From Eledone cirrhosa (Eukaryota): a stretch of 64,000 bases of DNA. The DNA is taken from positions 32,612,001 to 32,676,000 of the forward strand of contig OZ024746.1 in the NCBI GenBank assembly GCA_964016885.1. The letters are read 5' to 3'. The position numbers were made by a program, and so were the translations under genes. A model generated the notes under the pieces. The model saw only the letters and a program-made list of their open reading frames with translations. It did not search any database and was not told the origin of the DNA. Every line of letters starts with the position of its first letter. The stretch's first letter is position 1. Positions 27,066-38,200 of this stretch are shown here, one piece after another.

Positions 27066-30000
27066 CTACAGGCGCATGATCAGAGTAGGCCCACTCACGC
27101 GGGCCATTCTCGCCACATTCACCCACCTTTCAGTAAATGTACTGGGGGGCAGCACTTCTCTCTCCACCCTCACCTTCCTTTCCAAGTGAAACTTGAAGAA
27201 GTTGATGAGGGATTGGCCGAAGAGAAAAGTGTCTGTCTTCAGTCCTTTCAACCTGGTCCACCATGCAACCTCTTTCGCTACTGCCACCAGGCAGAGGAAA
27301 ATTGCCTGCCCTTCCTGACCAAAAGAAGGCGGCGGGTCAATCTTCACTATGGACTCGGACGATAGCCGGATCCGTTCTACACGCGACAATAGCTGTTCGA
27401 CATAACCCCACAAGTCAGCAATGCACGGACACTGGACGAGTGCGTGCAGAACGGTTTCGTCGCTCTGCGCGCATCTCGGGCAGGTTCGTCTGACAGCACT
27501 TCCGTGCCTGTAGAGTTTATCCCGAACCGGCAGCGCCCCCCGGTAGCACTGCCAAGCGAGGGATTTCTGGAAGTTATCCATCGTCCCCGGCTCGAAAGTC
27601 CTCCGGAACATACTGGTCAGTTCTACTTCGTTGACGCCCAGAGCCTCTCCTAGTACGTCATCGCACTTGCCCTCCACTAATCCTCTATAGAAATCTTGAG
27701 TGGAAGTTCCACTGACCGCATTGCCCACCTTGCAGAGTGCAGTGAGCGCCTGGCAACATTCCAGATGCCAGTCGCCCAGTCTCGGTCTCTTCTTGACCCA
27801 GGACTGCAGCTCAGTCAAAGAGATGAGCTGCGGAAAGGCCCGTCTAACAAACGGCGACCACACCTGTTCACCGTTTAGGCAAAATATCTGGAGATGTCGC
27901 AGCCTCAGCGCATGTCTGCGCATCATTAGCCACGGCATGCCCAGCCCTCCACGAAGAGGGTGCTGGCAGCAGATGGACCGCCTCACCAACGGGACCCGTC
28001 CCCTCCACAAAAATTTGAAAAGGAGCCGTTCCAAATTGGCGAGGCGTGGACGGGGGCAAGGCACGACGGTCAGGCGGTAGTAGATGACGGACGCGATGTA
28101 CGCGTTCGCCACCTCCGCCCGCCCTTTCAGTGATAGCTTTCTCTCAGCCCATTTCTGGGTGAGGTTGGCTATCCTGCTCGTCACCTCGTCCCAATTCTTA
28201 TCCACCTGGAGGTCTGGTCCGAACCAAACCCCGAGCAACTTTACCGGTCCGTCTGTCCAGCGCCCAACGACGCTGTTGGACGGCATGGACTTGCCTCTCC
28301 AGGTGCCGAGCTGCAAGCCCACCGACTTTTCCGGGTTAAGTTTTGCTCCCGTCAACCTTTCATATTCCTCCAAATGGGTGCGGATCACCTCGATTTCCGA
28401 GGTGTCCGACACCATCACGGTGATGTCGTCCGCATAAGCGGACGCAGCCTTTCTGCGTCCCGGTTCGAGCGGGATGCCCTGCAACAACTCCAGCTTCCGC
28501 AGTAGAGGCTCAAGAGTCAATACGTACAGAAGTGAGGAGAGAGGGCACCCTTGACGGACCGATCGAGAGATCTGAAACGGTTCCGAGAGGTGGCCATTAA
28601 CTTTGACCACCGAGCGGATGCCGCTGTACATTGCAGCGATCCAGCTTCTGAAGACGGGGCCGAAGCCAGCCGCCTCGAGGACAGCCTCCAAGTACCGATG
28701 GTCGACCCTATCGAATGCTTTCGATTGATCTAAATTGATCAGAGCCCCACCGAAGCCAGGTTTGCACCCAACCCTCTCTATGATGTATCGCATGAGGTGG
28801 AGGTTGTCGTGTATGGACCTGGTCGGGATTGCGCAAGTTTGCGCCTCCCCAACCAAATCTTTGACGACAAGCGCCAACCTTTTCGCTAACACCTTGGCCA
28901 AAATCTTAAACTCTGTGTTGAGCAGGGTTATGGGCCTGAAATTATCTAGTGTGTCCCTCTTGTTCTCGTCTTTCCTTATCAGCGTCACTACGCCACGGCT
29001 CACAGAACTGGGAATGCTCCCGTTCTGCTGCCAGTTGCAGTAGAGCGCTTCGAGGAGATCGGAGAACAAGTCTGGCATATTTACGTAAAGCTCGTAGGGC
29101 AGACCATCCAAACCGGGTGACTTGCGACTCGAGCAGCCGACAAGGGCGTCCTGAATTTCGGCTGATGTTATCGGCTCTTCGCAGCGCTCAGCGTCGGCCG
29201 TCGAGAGGCGTGGCAAGCCGTCGAGGTAGGGACTGAGGTCCGCCGCCGTTTCCGACTCACCCATCCTCCCGAACAATCGAGCAAAGTGCTGGCGAAAGGC
29301 CTCACACATCCGCTTGGAATCGCTCAGTTCGTGTCCATCTCGATCCGTCAAAGACCGAATTGTGGTTTTATTTCCACGCTGCGTCTCTGCAAAGCGAGCC
29401 CATCGGGCAGCTTTGGTTCCCTCGTTCCTCAGAGCACGCGCCTTAGCTCTGACAATGCAACCTTCGTGTTTCGCATTGAAGAAATGGTCTAGTGCCATTC
29501 TCGCCGCTAGCACGTCTGTTGCAATGCCACTACAAATAGCCTCGTCTAACTTAGCTATCAGCCCCTCCTCCTTTCTATTTTTCTCTATTGCTACTTCTTT
29601 GCTAAATCCTATCGAGGTTGCTCTAATCTCTCTTTTGAGTGCCCCCCACCACCTGTTGTTGACAACCCCCCCTGTCAACTTTTGCTTAACTAAGTTGTTG
29701 ACCCGGTCCCTGTAAGCTTTACGTGCCGGAAACGACATGTTTAGCTTCCAGTAGCTAGGTCCTAACCTACGTGTCTTATCTAGGTCGACCATACAGATCA
29801 CAAGCTTGTGATCTGAATAGGCAACCGTTTTAAAATGTGGACATCCTACACTATTTCTATCTCTTTTCCTAATGAAAATCCTATCTATGTACGATCTAGA
29901 TGACCCTATGCGATTGGTCCAGGTCCATACTGGCGCATTAGGGAAATCTAGTCGGTACCTGTCAGACAGTTGAAACTGGCTGATCAGGTACTTGAGGCTT

Positions 30001-30485
30001 TTGCACCCCCCGCTCCTATCAGATACTCCCACACAATCCCAGCGTGCTTCTAAGATGCCATTCCAATCCCCTATTAACAGTAAAGGGCGAGACGTAAGCA
30101 GAAAGTTTTCCAGGCGCCTAAAGAAGTCCGGCCGACCGGCCCCAGTAGGGGCGTAGACGGCCACCAGTCTAAAGGCACCACCTTCGCTATTGCTCACGTC
30201 CAGGACCACCAACTTTCCGTCAGGATCCCGGAAGATTGACCTTACCTCGAGATCCAGACATTTCCTAAACAGCACAGCCACTCCACCTCCCATTCCCGGC
30301 CGACTAACAGATGCAAAGATCTGATAATCGTCGAAAATCGGCGCCAGTGCGCGTGTGTCGGAAATTCTGGTCTCGCTGATGGCAATTACATCCATTCCTA
30401 GTGACCTGAGGTCGTTGAGCAAGTGACCTTGCTTCCAGGGCGACCCCAGGCCACGAACATTTAAACTTCCTACTCTTATGGCCAT
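27066..30485 (-). CDS. Tx1 ORF2: APE endonuclease, reverse transcriptase and C-terminal CCHC (1139 aa)
   Basis: SLNVRGL, ISETR, VYAP, GDWN, SYIDR, SDH (APE); KSPGLDG, NFRPITLLN, LDQSKAFDRVDH, VRQGCPLS, AYADD (RT); CPRC..ETVLHALVQC. Confidence 0.95.
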   Translation of the reverse strand: MAIRVGSLNVRGLGSPWKQGHLLNDLRSLGMDVIAISETRISDTRALAPIFDDYQIFASVSRPGMGGGVAVLFRKCLDLEVRSIFRDPDGKLVVLDVSNSEGGAFRLVAVYAPTGAGRPDFFRRLENFLLTSRPLLLIGDWNGILEARWDCVGVSDRSGGCKSLKYLISQFQLSDRYRLDFPNAPVWTWTNRIGSSRSYIDRIFIRKRDRNSVGCPHFKTVAYSDHKLVICMVDLDKTRRLGPSYWKLNMSFPARKAYRDRVNNLVKQKLTGGVVNNRWWGALKREIRATSIGFSKEVAIEKNRKEEGLIAKLDEAICSGIATDVLAARMALDHFFNAKHEGCIVRAKARALRNEGTKAARWARFAETQRGNKTTIRSLTDRDGHELSDSKRMCEAFRQHFARLFGRMGESETAADLSPYLDGLPRLSTADAERCEEPITSAEIQDALVGCSSRKSPGLDGLPYELYVNMPDLFSDLLEALYCNWQQNGSIPSSVSRGVVTLIRKDENKRDTLDNFRPITLLNTEFKILAKVLAKRLALVVKDLVGEAQTCAIPTRSIHDNLHLMRYIIERVGCKPGFGGALINLDQSKAFDRVDHRYLEAVLEAAGFGPVFRSWIAAMYSGIRSVVKVNGHLSEPFQISRSVRQGCPLSSLLYVLTLEPLLRKLELLQGIPLEPGRRKAASAYADDITVMVSDTSEIEVIRTHLEEYERLTGAKLNPEKSVGLQLGTWRGKSMPSNSVVGRWTDGPVKLLGVWFGPDLQVDKNWDEVTSRIANLTQKWAERKLSLKGRAEVANAYIASVIYYRLTVVPCPRPRLANLERLLFKFLWRGRVPLVRRSICCQHPLRGGLGMPWLMMRRHALRLRHLQIFCLNGEQVWSPFVRRAFPQLISLTELQSWVKKRPRLGDWHLECCQALTALCKVGNAVSGTSTQDFYRGLVEGKCDDVLGEALGVNEVELTSMFRRTFEPGTMDNFQKSLAWQCYRGALPVRDKLYRHGSAVRRTCPRCAQSDETVLHALVQCPCIADLWGYVEQLLSRVERIRLSSESIVKIDPPPSFGQEGQAIFLCLVAVAKEVAWWTRLKGLKTDTFLFGQSLINFFKFHLERKVRVEREVLPPSTFTERWVNVARMARVSGPTLIMRL

Positions 30486-30514
30486 GCTGGCAGGATGAAT
30501 GGGAGAGGAAAGGT

Positions 30515-32419
30515 TTACTTACCTTCCGGGGTCTTGTGAAGGTCGGGTGGTTCGACCTCCATGGTTTGTGGGGTTTCTTTTGGGAACCCCTTTAATAGTC
30601 TTGACGTGGGTTTTACGTTCGGGGTTCCCACATCCCGAGGAAAGCTCTTTCGAATTTCTTTGTATGAAGCGAGCGACATTCGCATCAGAAGCAAATTATC
30701 TGGTACGCGAAATGTGCTCGCTTCAAATGTTTCCCCGTCTTTTTCGATGTTTGTGCTTCGTGCTACATGGGCCATCAATTCCTTGTTGGCCCTTCTGGCA
30801 AGCACGAAGTTTTTAATGTTTTGTTGCTCGGGTTTTATTTGTTCGTGTGATTGTGGTGGTGATAGCTTTGTTAGTGTTGTTTCTATTGTGTCTGCGTTTG
30901 TTGTGGGTGGGGTGTCTGTAGTTTCTGATGTTTGTGTGTCTATTTGTTCTTGTGTCTGTTTAGCTTGTTTGCGTTTGGGGGATTTTGGTGGTTGTGTTGG
31001 TGATGCTGTGGGGAAAATGTTTGTGTGGGTGGTGTGTGTATTTTTTTTTGTGGGGGTGTTTGTGCTTTGTGGATTTCTTTTTTTTTTGTGTTTTGTTTTT
31101 TGTATTTTGGGGGACTTTGGTTTTCCCTCATCTTCACTGCTGGAGGATGAGGGGTCTGTGGCTGTGAGCGTGTTTGTGTCTGAGTGAGTGTTTATGTTCT
31201 TGTTCGTGTGTGTATTTTGGGGGGGAGGGGGAATGGGAGAGCTTTCCTCGTTTCCCCCCTGGGTGTGCAATTTTGGTGGTTCCATTGTTGACGGTGTTGC
31301 TGGTGGTCCTTGTCCCGGCGTCGCCAGCAGTGGAATCTTTCGACCCCTTGCGCTTTTCGGCAGTTGAGGGCAGAAGGCTCGCAAGTGTGTCGTTTCCCCA
31401 CAAAGGAAACAATGCGGCCTTTTGCCCTCAGTCATTATATGCAACACCCTCCCGTTTTGGAGGCGGATGTGGTCCGGGATTGTTTTTACGTTTTCGGGTC
31501 TGATTTGGAGCAGTATCTCCAGATCAACCCCGGACCAGTCGTCCCTGGCAGTTCTCGTTGCCTCTACCGGGACTGTATCCGTTCCTTCCACGATTACGCA
31601 ACCCAGGAGCCACCACATATCAAGTCCTGGTGGAATCCTGGGAATGCGCACACGTGCTATTCGTTTTCCCATGTGGGAGGGGTACATTATGACCTTGCTG
31701 GTTTTGCAAGGGGTCATTGAATGCTTCACAGCGAGGGCTTCAGACTTGAACAGCACCGAAACGGTGCCGTATTGCCTGCCCCTCTCTATGAAGTCTGTGT
31801 CCTCTCTGATGTATTTCAGTGCGGCTTCTATGTCAGCTTGGGCGATTATCGCTGCCCTCTTTGTCTCTACTGAGATGCATCTGAAATGCACCGTTCTTTT
31901 TTCCACTGCCTCAATGGCTTCTGCCGGGACAGTTAAGTTTGCCCAGGTCTGCTCTTGATTTATGATTTTCCAGGCCTGGGCCAACTTTTCCTCTCTGTTG
32001 GTTAAGTCGATGCTGTAGCATGGTCTCCTTTTAGCCGCTGCCACAGCAGCGAAAGTGTTCTTGTTGGTGTTGTCACTGTTGTTGTTCTTGTTGGTGTTGC
32101 TGCTGCTATTGCTGTTGTTGTTCTCCCCTGTGTCGTGGTTACCTTCTGTGCTGTTGGCCTTGTTGGTGCTGCTGCTGTCGCTACTATTACTCTCTGTGCT
32201 GTTCGTTTTGTTGGTGCTCTCGCTATTACCACCTTCTGCGCTGTTCGGCTTGTTGGTGTTGTCGCTGTTACCACCTTCCGCGCCGCTCGGCCCGTTGGTG
32301 CTGGCACTGTCGCTGCTCACATTCGTGCTGGTGGCGCTCCTCGCCTCACCTCTCCTCTCAACGCTCAAGTCGCCGTTGCACGACAGCAGACCCGCCTCTA
32401 GGGGGCGTGGCTCCGCCAT
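30515..32419 (-). CDS. Tx1 ORF1 (gag-like, single CCHC knuckle, 634 aa)
   Basis: CFLCGETTHLRAFC; homologous to ORF1 of element #2 (RTV.FR.I, YPS.MGK, EG.RP.C, DVG.P.VKP). Confidence 0.88.
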   Translation of the reverse strand: MAEPRPLEAGLLSCNGDLSVERRGEARSATSTNVSSDSASTNGPSGAEGGNSDNTNKPNSAEGGNSESTNKTNSTESNSSDSSSTNKANSTEGNHDTGENNNSNSSSNTNKNNNSDNTNKNTFAAVAAAKRRPCYSIDLTNREEKLAQAWKIINQEQTWANLTVPAEAIEAVEKRTVHFRCISVETKRAAIIAQADIEAALKYIREDTDFIERGRQYGTVSVLFKSEALAVKHSMTPCKTSKVIMYPSHMGKRIARVRIPRIPPGLDMWWLLGCVIVEGTDTVPVEATRTARDDWSGVDLEILLQIRPENVKTIPDHIRLQNGRVLHIMTEGKRPHCFLCGETTHLRAFCPQLPKSARGRKIPLLATPGQGPPATPSTMEPPKLHTQGGNEESSPIPPPPQNTHTNKNINTHSDTNTLTATDPSSSSSEDEGKPKSPKIQKTKHKKKRNPQSTNTPTKKNTHTTHTNIFPTASPTQPPKSPKRKQAKQTQEQIDTQTSETTDTPPTTNADTIETTLTKLSPPQSHEQIKPEQQNIKNFVLARRANKELMAHVARSTNIEKDGETFEASTFRVPDNLLLMRMSLASYKEIRKSFPRDVGTPNVKPTSRLLKGFPKETPQTMEVEPPDLHKTPEGK

Positions 32420-32687
32420 GTTTTTTTGAGAAAAAAATTATTATTTTTTTTTTCAAAATAAAGTTCAAATATTTGGGCCAAAAGGCCCAAATATTATGAG
32501 TTATTCCTTCACAGGATACAAATTAATGTCTTATAATGCTTCAGCGGTACAAAAAATAAACAATTCTCTACAATTAATCCTCAAAAATTGCTTACTCACG
32601 GAGCTTCAAAAAACGTACATCCACTTTCGTCAATAATAATAATAATAATAATAGTAATATTTGTAATAATGATAATAGTAATAATAA

Positions 32688-32730
32688 TGATTTCTTTATT
32701 AACCACAAGGGTTTACATAAAGTAGACATA
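32688..32730 (-). mobile_element. very short Tx1 3' end in (ATT)n
   Basis: Minus strand ATGTAAACCCTTGTGGTTAATAAAGAAATCATTATT; AAT repeats on both sides. Confidence 0.6.
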
Positions 32731-32941
32731 ATAATAATAACAACGGATTATAATGATGAAAATAATACAAATAAATAAATAACAAAAATAAATGATATAA
32801 ACAAAAGAATAAAACCACGTAATTCCACGCTTCACTAAATTTTGTTCAAATCTTGCAAATCTATCGGCAGAATATCAGGAGATGCTACTTCAACCATATC
32901 TACAGGTGTGTATGTGTGTTAGTATATATATACAGAGAGAG

Positions 32942-32980
<39 letters not shown>

Positions 32981-33341
32981 GGTTGTTTTTTTAATTTGTA
33001 TAGACACTATACTTGCAAAAATCCGAGTTTATGCAGACAAAATGTATAGATGCATCCTGTTGCATTTCAATTATCTAACTATCTATCTATCTATCTATCT
33101 ATCTATATATTAATCTAGCTGTCGTCTGTTCTACAGTGTGGATGTCATTCACTTCGCACAGAAGTTTTGTTCAAATTTATTGAGGAAATTTTGTGAGTTC
33201 AAACTTAATTTTGATACAATTGTGTAGCTTGACCCTCCGTCTGAACTGTCAGGCGGTGGGTCAGCTCATCTTTACCCCTCCTAGAGGTGAAAAACCTGTT
33301 TTAAAAAATTTTGTGTAAAAAATTTCAATCGTCTAACAGAA

Positions 33342-35220
33342 ATGTTAAACGCAGCGAACGAAAATAGTGGTGGGGGGACAGCGGTAAGAGTTGTAAGCTC
33401 GCACGCTTTAGTCCTCCCTTCCTTCCCAACTAACGTCATAGAGAAGGAAGGAAAAATGAAAATAAAAACGGACGAATCTGCGGAGGAAAAATTAAATAAC
33501 GAAAACAACGAAAAAAAAAAATTTGAAAAATTGCATGACAATACTAATAACACAAACAAAGACACAACAAACAAAAAAATAACAGTTGAAAATAACATCA
33601 TATCAGAAAACAAAGCAGACGACAAGATTTCTTTTGCACAGAAAACAAAGAAATCTTTGACTTATATAGCGGAAAACATTTCAGATGTGGTACGAAGGAT
33701 CACGGACGCAAAACAATACATAAGTGAAGGTGAGAATGGTATTTTATTGGTAAAAATGCCTCAAGAATTCACGAAAGACATTGAAAGCCGAACGGTCAAG
33801 TTTCGGACCATCAACAACAGTACAAAAAAACCTGAACAGCCTTCTCAAGCAGATATCAAAACAGTACTCGCAGAAGTACTGAATGAAACAACTTTCATAA
33901 GAAAAGACAGACTGTATGGAAGCCTAGCAATTATCATGAAGAACGAATCGGCGGCAAAAAAATGTGCTTTGTCACCGATTCGTTCGAAAAATTTCACCTT
34001 TTATCCATCTTATATGGGAAAAAAAAACTCAACGCATATGGCTGGATGCAATGATGCCAGATGTGGACTACTGCTGGCTCATAGCTGGCTTCATCGATCC
34101 AGTGAATGACAACGTGATTTCCATTGGGAAAACCACAGGCAATGCGTTCAGTGGAACAGGTATAGAGCTGGTAGTACAAATGAAGCCTGAACGCATCGCC
34201 CAAATACCCGACAGAATCCTATTAGAGGACCACGGGTATATAAACATTAGCGTGGAGGGGAGAAGGCCGTCCTGCCATATCTGTGCAGGCAGAGGGCACC
34301 TGAAGGCCGCTTGTCCCCAACTCAACAAAAAGAAAACCCTGCTACCAACACCAGCTCCACCACCACCACCACAACAGATAAACAAACAACAAAACTCAGT
34401 CCCACCCAACCCGTCCCTCAGTAACACCACAACACCACCACAACACAAACAGTCACAACACATTACCCCAAAACAAAATACAGGCCCACCCAACCTCTCA
34501 CTCAATAAAACAACACAACCACCGCAGACACAACACACAACACAGTCTAACATAGTGACATCCATCTCCCCCACAAAGAAAACCAACACGGAAACATTAC
34601 CAGCAAACATACCTCTTCCCTCCAACACTGAAGATAACCCAACGAATTCGGAGGAAGAAACGGAGTCCTTCAGACAGATTAAAAGGAAAAAAAGAAAACA
34701 TGTGCAAAACACACAAGGACAAACAACCCCCACCCAAATCGCAACACAATCTAACAAAACAGAAAACACCCCTCCAGCAACAAACAAAACCAAACCTGCC
34801 CCTCCCCTCTTCGAAACACTCACACCATCGGAAAAAAAGACATTACACTATACTTACATCAACAGAAACAATAATAAATTAAATGAACTCATATACAATA
34901 ATCCTTCGGTACAAACCGAAGGTGTAAACTTTGTTTCGTCAGAAAACCACCCACATTTAAAACTAATAAAAATCCCAATGAACCTCTACCAAAAACTAAA
35001 AAAGGATTTTAAGGAGGACGTAGGACCACCCTCTGTCAAACCCATAAACCGCGTCCTACTAAAAAGCTTTCCCCCTCCCCTTCCCCTCCCCAACACAACT
35101 CCAAACACCCCAACCCCACCACACACCGACGACCCCACACCACCACAAGACACCCCTTCACCCAACACCCCCGACCCCATGGAAGTCGTGCAACCCGAAC
35201 CCCGGGAAGCGGAAAGGTAG
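33342..35220 (+). pseudogene. Tx1 ORF1 split by a +1 frameshift in an A9 run at 34019-34027
   Basis: Removing one A gives YPSYMGKKTQRIWL, matching YPSHMGKRIARVRI of element #1; knuckle CHICAGRGHLKAAC. Confidence 0.85.
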
Positions 35221-35253
35221 GTCTCTACACTCTCCTTTGGCTCTGCCGCCCAC

Positions 35254-38200
35254 ATGGATGTGTTAAGAGTAGGATGTTTGAATGCACGTGGCCTGGGCTC
35301 AACTTGGAAGCAAGCAAAGCTTCTAAATGACCTCAGGTCATGTAGTATAAATGTAATGGTTATCTGTGAGACTCGAATCAGCGTCATGCGGCAGCTGGCC
35401 CCCACCTTCGATGACTTTGAGGTGCATGCATCTCTCTGTCAACCTGGAGGTGGGGGTGGGGTTGTCGTGCTGCTGCAAAAACACCTGGGTCTTGCCGTAC
35501 AGGTTGTGCACTCGGACCCGGAGGGTCGTTTGTTGGTGCTAGACGTTGGCAGTAGTGAAAGTGCGGCCTTGAGACTGGTCGCCGTCTACTCCCCTTTCGG
35601 AGCTGAACGGCCCGACTTCTTCCAGCGTTTGGAGACTTTCCTGGGAACGTCGCGTTCCCTGCTTCTAGCGGGGGATTGGAATGACATCCTGGATGCACGT
35701 TGGGACTATGCAGGAGCATGTCCTAATAGAGGGGGGTGTAACAGCCTCAAGGGGTTACTCGACCGTTTTAACTTGGTCGATAGATATCGACTAGATTTTC
35801 CAACTGTGCCTACCTGGACTTGGAGAAACCACAGTGGTCAATCTAGATCGTACTTAGATAGATTCTTAGTTAGAAGTAAGGATAGGGACATATTAAGCTG
35901 TCCAGAAATGCGCACGGTTGGCTACACGGATCACAAATTAGTGACCTGCGTGGTCAATCTCGAGAAAACACATAGACAGGGTCCCGGTTACTGGAAACTT
36001 AATTTGTCTTTACCGGCAAAAGAGACTTACAGAAACCGGATTAGCAGATTAGTTAAGGAGAGGTTGACGGGTGCAATCGTCAACAACCGATGGTGGGCAT
36101 CTCTCAAAAGAGAGATTAGAACAGAATCAATAAGTTATAGCAAGATGTTAGCTGCCAATAGGAATAGAAACGAGAAAGAATTAACAGGTAAATTAGAAGA
36201 GGCAATCAAGAGCGAAGATGTGGCCAGAGTGCTGGCATCGAGGACGGCCTTGAACCAGTTTTTCGATGCAAAGCATGAAGGCTGCGTCATTCGAAGTAAA
36301 ATACGTGCTCTAGGTAATGAGGGGGCCAAAGCCGTTGGATGGGCCCGCGTGACAGAAGCTAAAAGTGGAAATCGATCCACCATCCGGTCGTTGCAAGACG
36401 AAGATGGACGAGTGATCCGGGAGCCTAAGCAGATGTGCGAGGCCTTTCAAAAGCACTTTGCCCGATTGTTCGGGGGAGGCGAGGGTCCGGGCCGGGGCGT
36501 GGATTTCGGTCCATACCTCGACGGCCTGCCGCGTCTCTCGAACAAAGAGGCAGAGTCCTGCGAGGGACCAATCTCGGCTGATGAGATCGGAGATGCGCTG
36601 AGCCAATGCAGCAGACGCAAATCTCCAGGTCTCGATGGTATACCTTACGAACTTTATTTAGCAATGCCGGTCTTCTTCTCCGAACTCCTTGAAGCGGTCT
36701 ACTGCAATTGGCAGCAGAACGGGAGAATTCCTTGTTCTGTAGCCAAGGGCGTAGTCACGCTGGTGAGGAAGGACGAGAACAAGGGGGATAGTATAAATAA
36801 TTTTCGGCCCATAACCCTGCTAAACACAGAGTTAAAGATTTTGGCCAAGGTGTTAGCAAAGAGGTTGGCGCTTGTCGTGGGTGGCCTGGTGGGAGATGCG
36901 CAGACATGTGCTATCCCATCCAGGTCCATTCACGATAACCTCCACCTCATGCGATACATCATAGAGAGGGTTGGCAACAAACCCGGCTTCGGTGGGGCCC
37001 TGATCAACTTGGATCAGTCTAAGGCCTTCGATAGGGTCGACCATGGTTACCTGGATGCGGTGCTAGCGGCGGCTGGGTTCGGTCCTGTTTTCAGAGGCTG
37101 GATCACTGCCCTACATAGCAACCACATCTGTTCTAGGATCAAGGTGAACGGCTACCTTTCGAAGCCGTTCGAAATCACACGATCCATTCGACAGGGGTGC
37201 CCTCTCTCCTCCCTTCTGTACGTATTGACTCTCGAGCCTTTACTGAGGAAGTTGGAGTTGTTGCAGGGTATCCCCCTGGAACCAGGATTGAGCAAAGCGG
37301 TGTCGGCCTACGCCGATGACGTAACAGTAATGGTATCAACCGACTCGGAGATCGAGGCGATCGGTACCTTACTGGAGGAGTACGAAAGGTTGTCAGGAGC
37401 GAAACTGAACCGGGAAAAATCCATCGGGCTGCAACTCGGAACATGGAGAGGCAGACCGATGCCTCCTGACGGTGTCGTCGGACACTGGACGGAGGGCCCG
37501 GTAAAGTTGCTTGGGGTCTGGTTTGGACCGGACCTCCAGGTGGAAAAGAACTGGAACGAGGTTACGAACAAGGTGTTTGCACTAACCCAGAAATGGGCCA
37601 AGTGTAAGCTGTCCCTAAAAGGCCGGGCGGAGGTGGCGAACATTTACATAGCGTCCGTCACTTACTACCGCCTGACTGTCGTGCCTTGCCCTAAGGAAAC
37701 ACTCACCACCATGGAACGCATGCTCTTCCAATTTCTTTGGAAGAAGCGTCCTCCTATGGTGAGAAGATCCATCTGCTGCCAACAACCTTCGAAAGGAGGG
37801 CTGGGGATGCCGTGGTTGATGATGCGTAGGCACGCATTAAGGCTACGGCACCTACAGGTATTCCTCACTGGTCAACCGGTGTGGGCTCCGTTCGTGAAAC
37901 GAGCCTTTCCGAGACTCGTCTCACTCACCGAGCTACAGTCCTGGGTCAAGCAAAGATCCGGAAAACTGGGAGACTGGCACACTGAGTGTGCTCAGGCGCT
38001 CAGGGCTCTCTGGCAAGCGGGCCGGGCCATCGGTGGAGAATCCACCTCATCATTCTATAGAGGGCTGGTGGCTAGCAGGGGCGATGACACCCTTGGGAAG
38101 TCGCTGGACATGGAAGAAGACGAACTGGCCAGCCTGTTCGGTAGGACTTTCGGCCCAGGACCAATGGACAACTTCCAGAAGTCACTGGCCTGGCAGTGCT

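Larger units (their letters stand above)
26812..32631 (-). mobile_element. near-full-length Tx1/L1-clade LINE #1 inserted in (ATT)n
   Basis: 5' UTR, intact ORF1 and ORF2, 3' UTR with AATAAA; (AAT)n runs on both flanks (26793-26812 and 32632-32651). Confidence 0.92.

Noticed and set aside
30487-30522. 36-nt GT..AG mini-intron between ORF1 and ORF2 of Tx1 #1
   Set aside because: Removal leaves ORF2 out of frame, it is very short, and element #2 has no equivalent AG
34015-34030. Programmed frameshift in Tx1 #2 ORF1
   Set aside because: The homologous ORF1 #1 is continuous; one extra A in an A9 run is better explained by a homopolymer error or mutation
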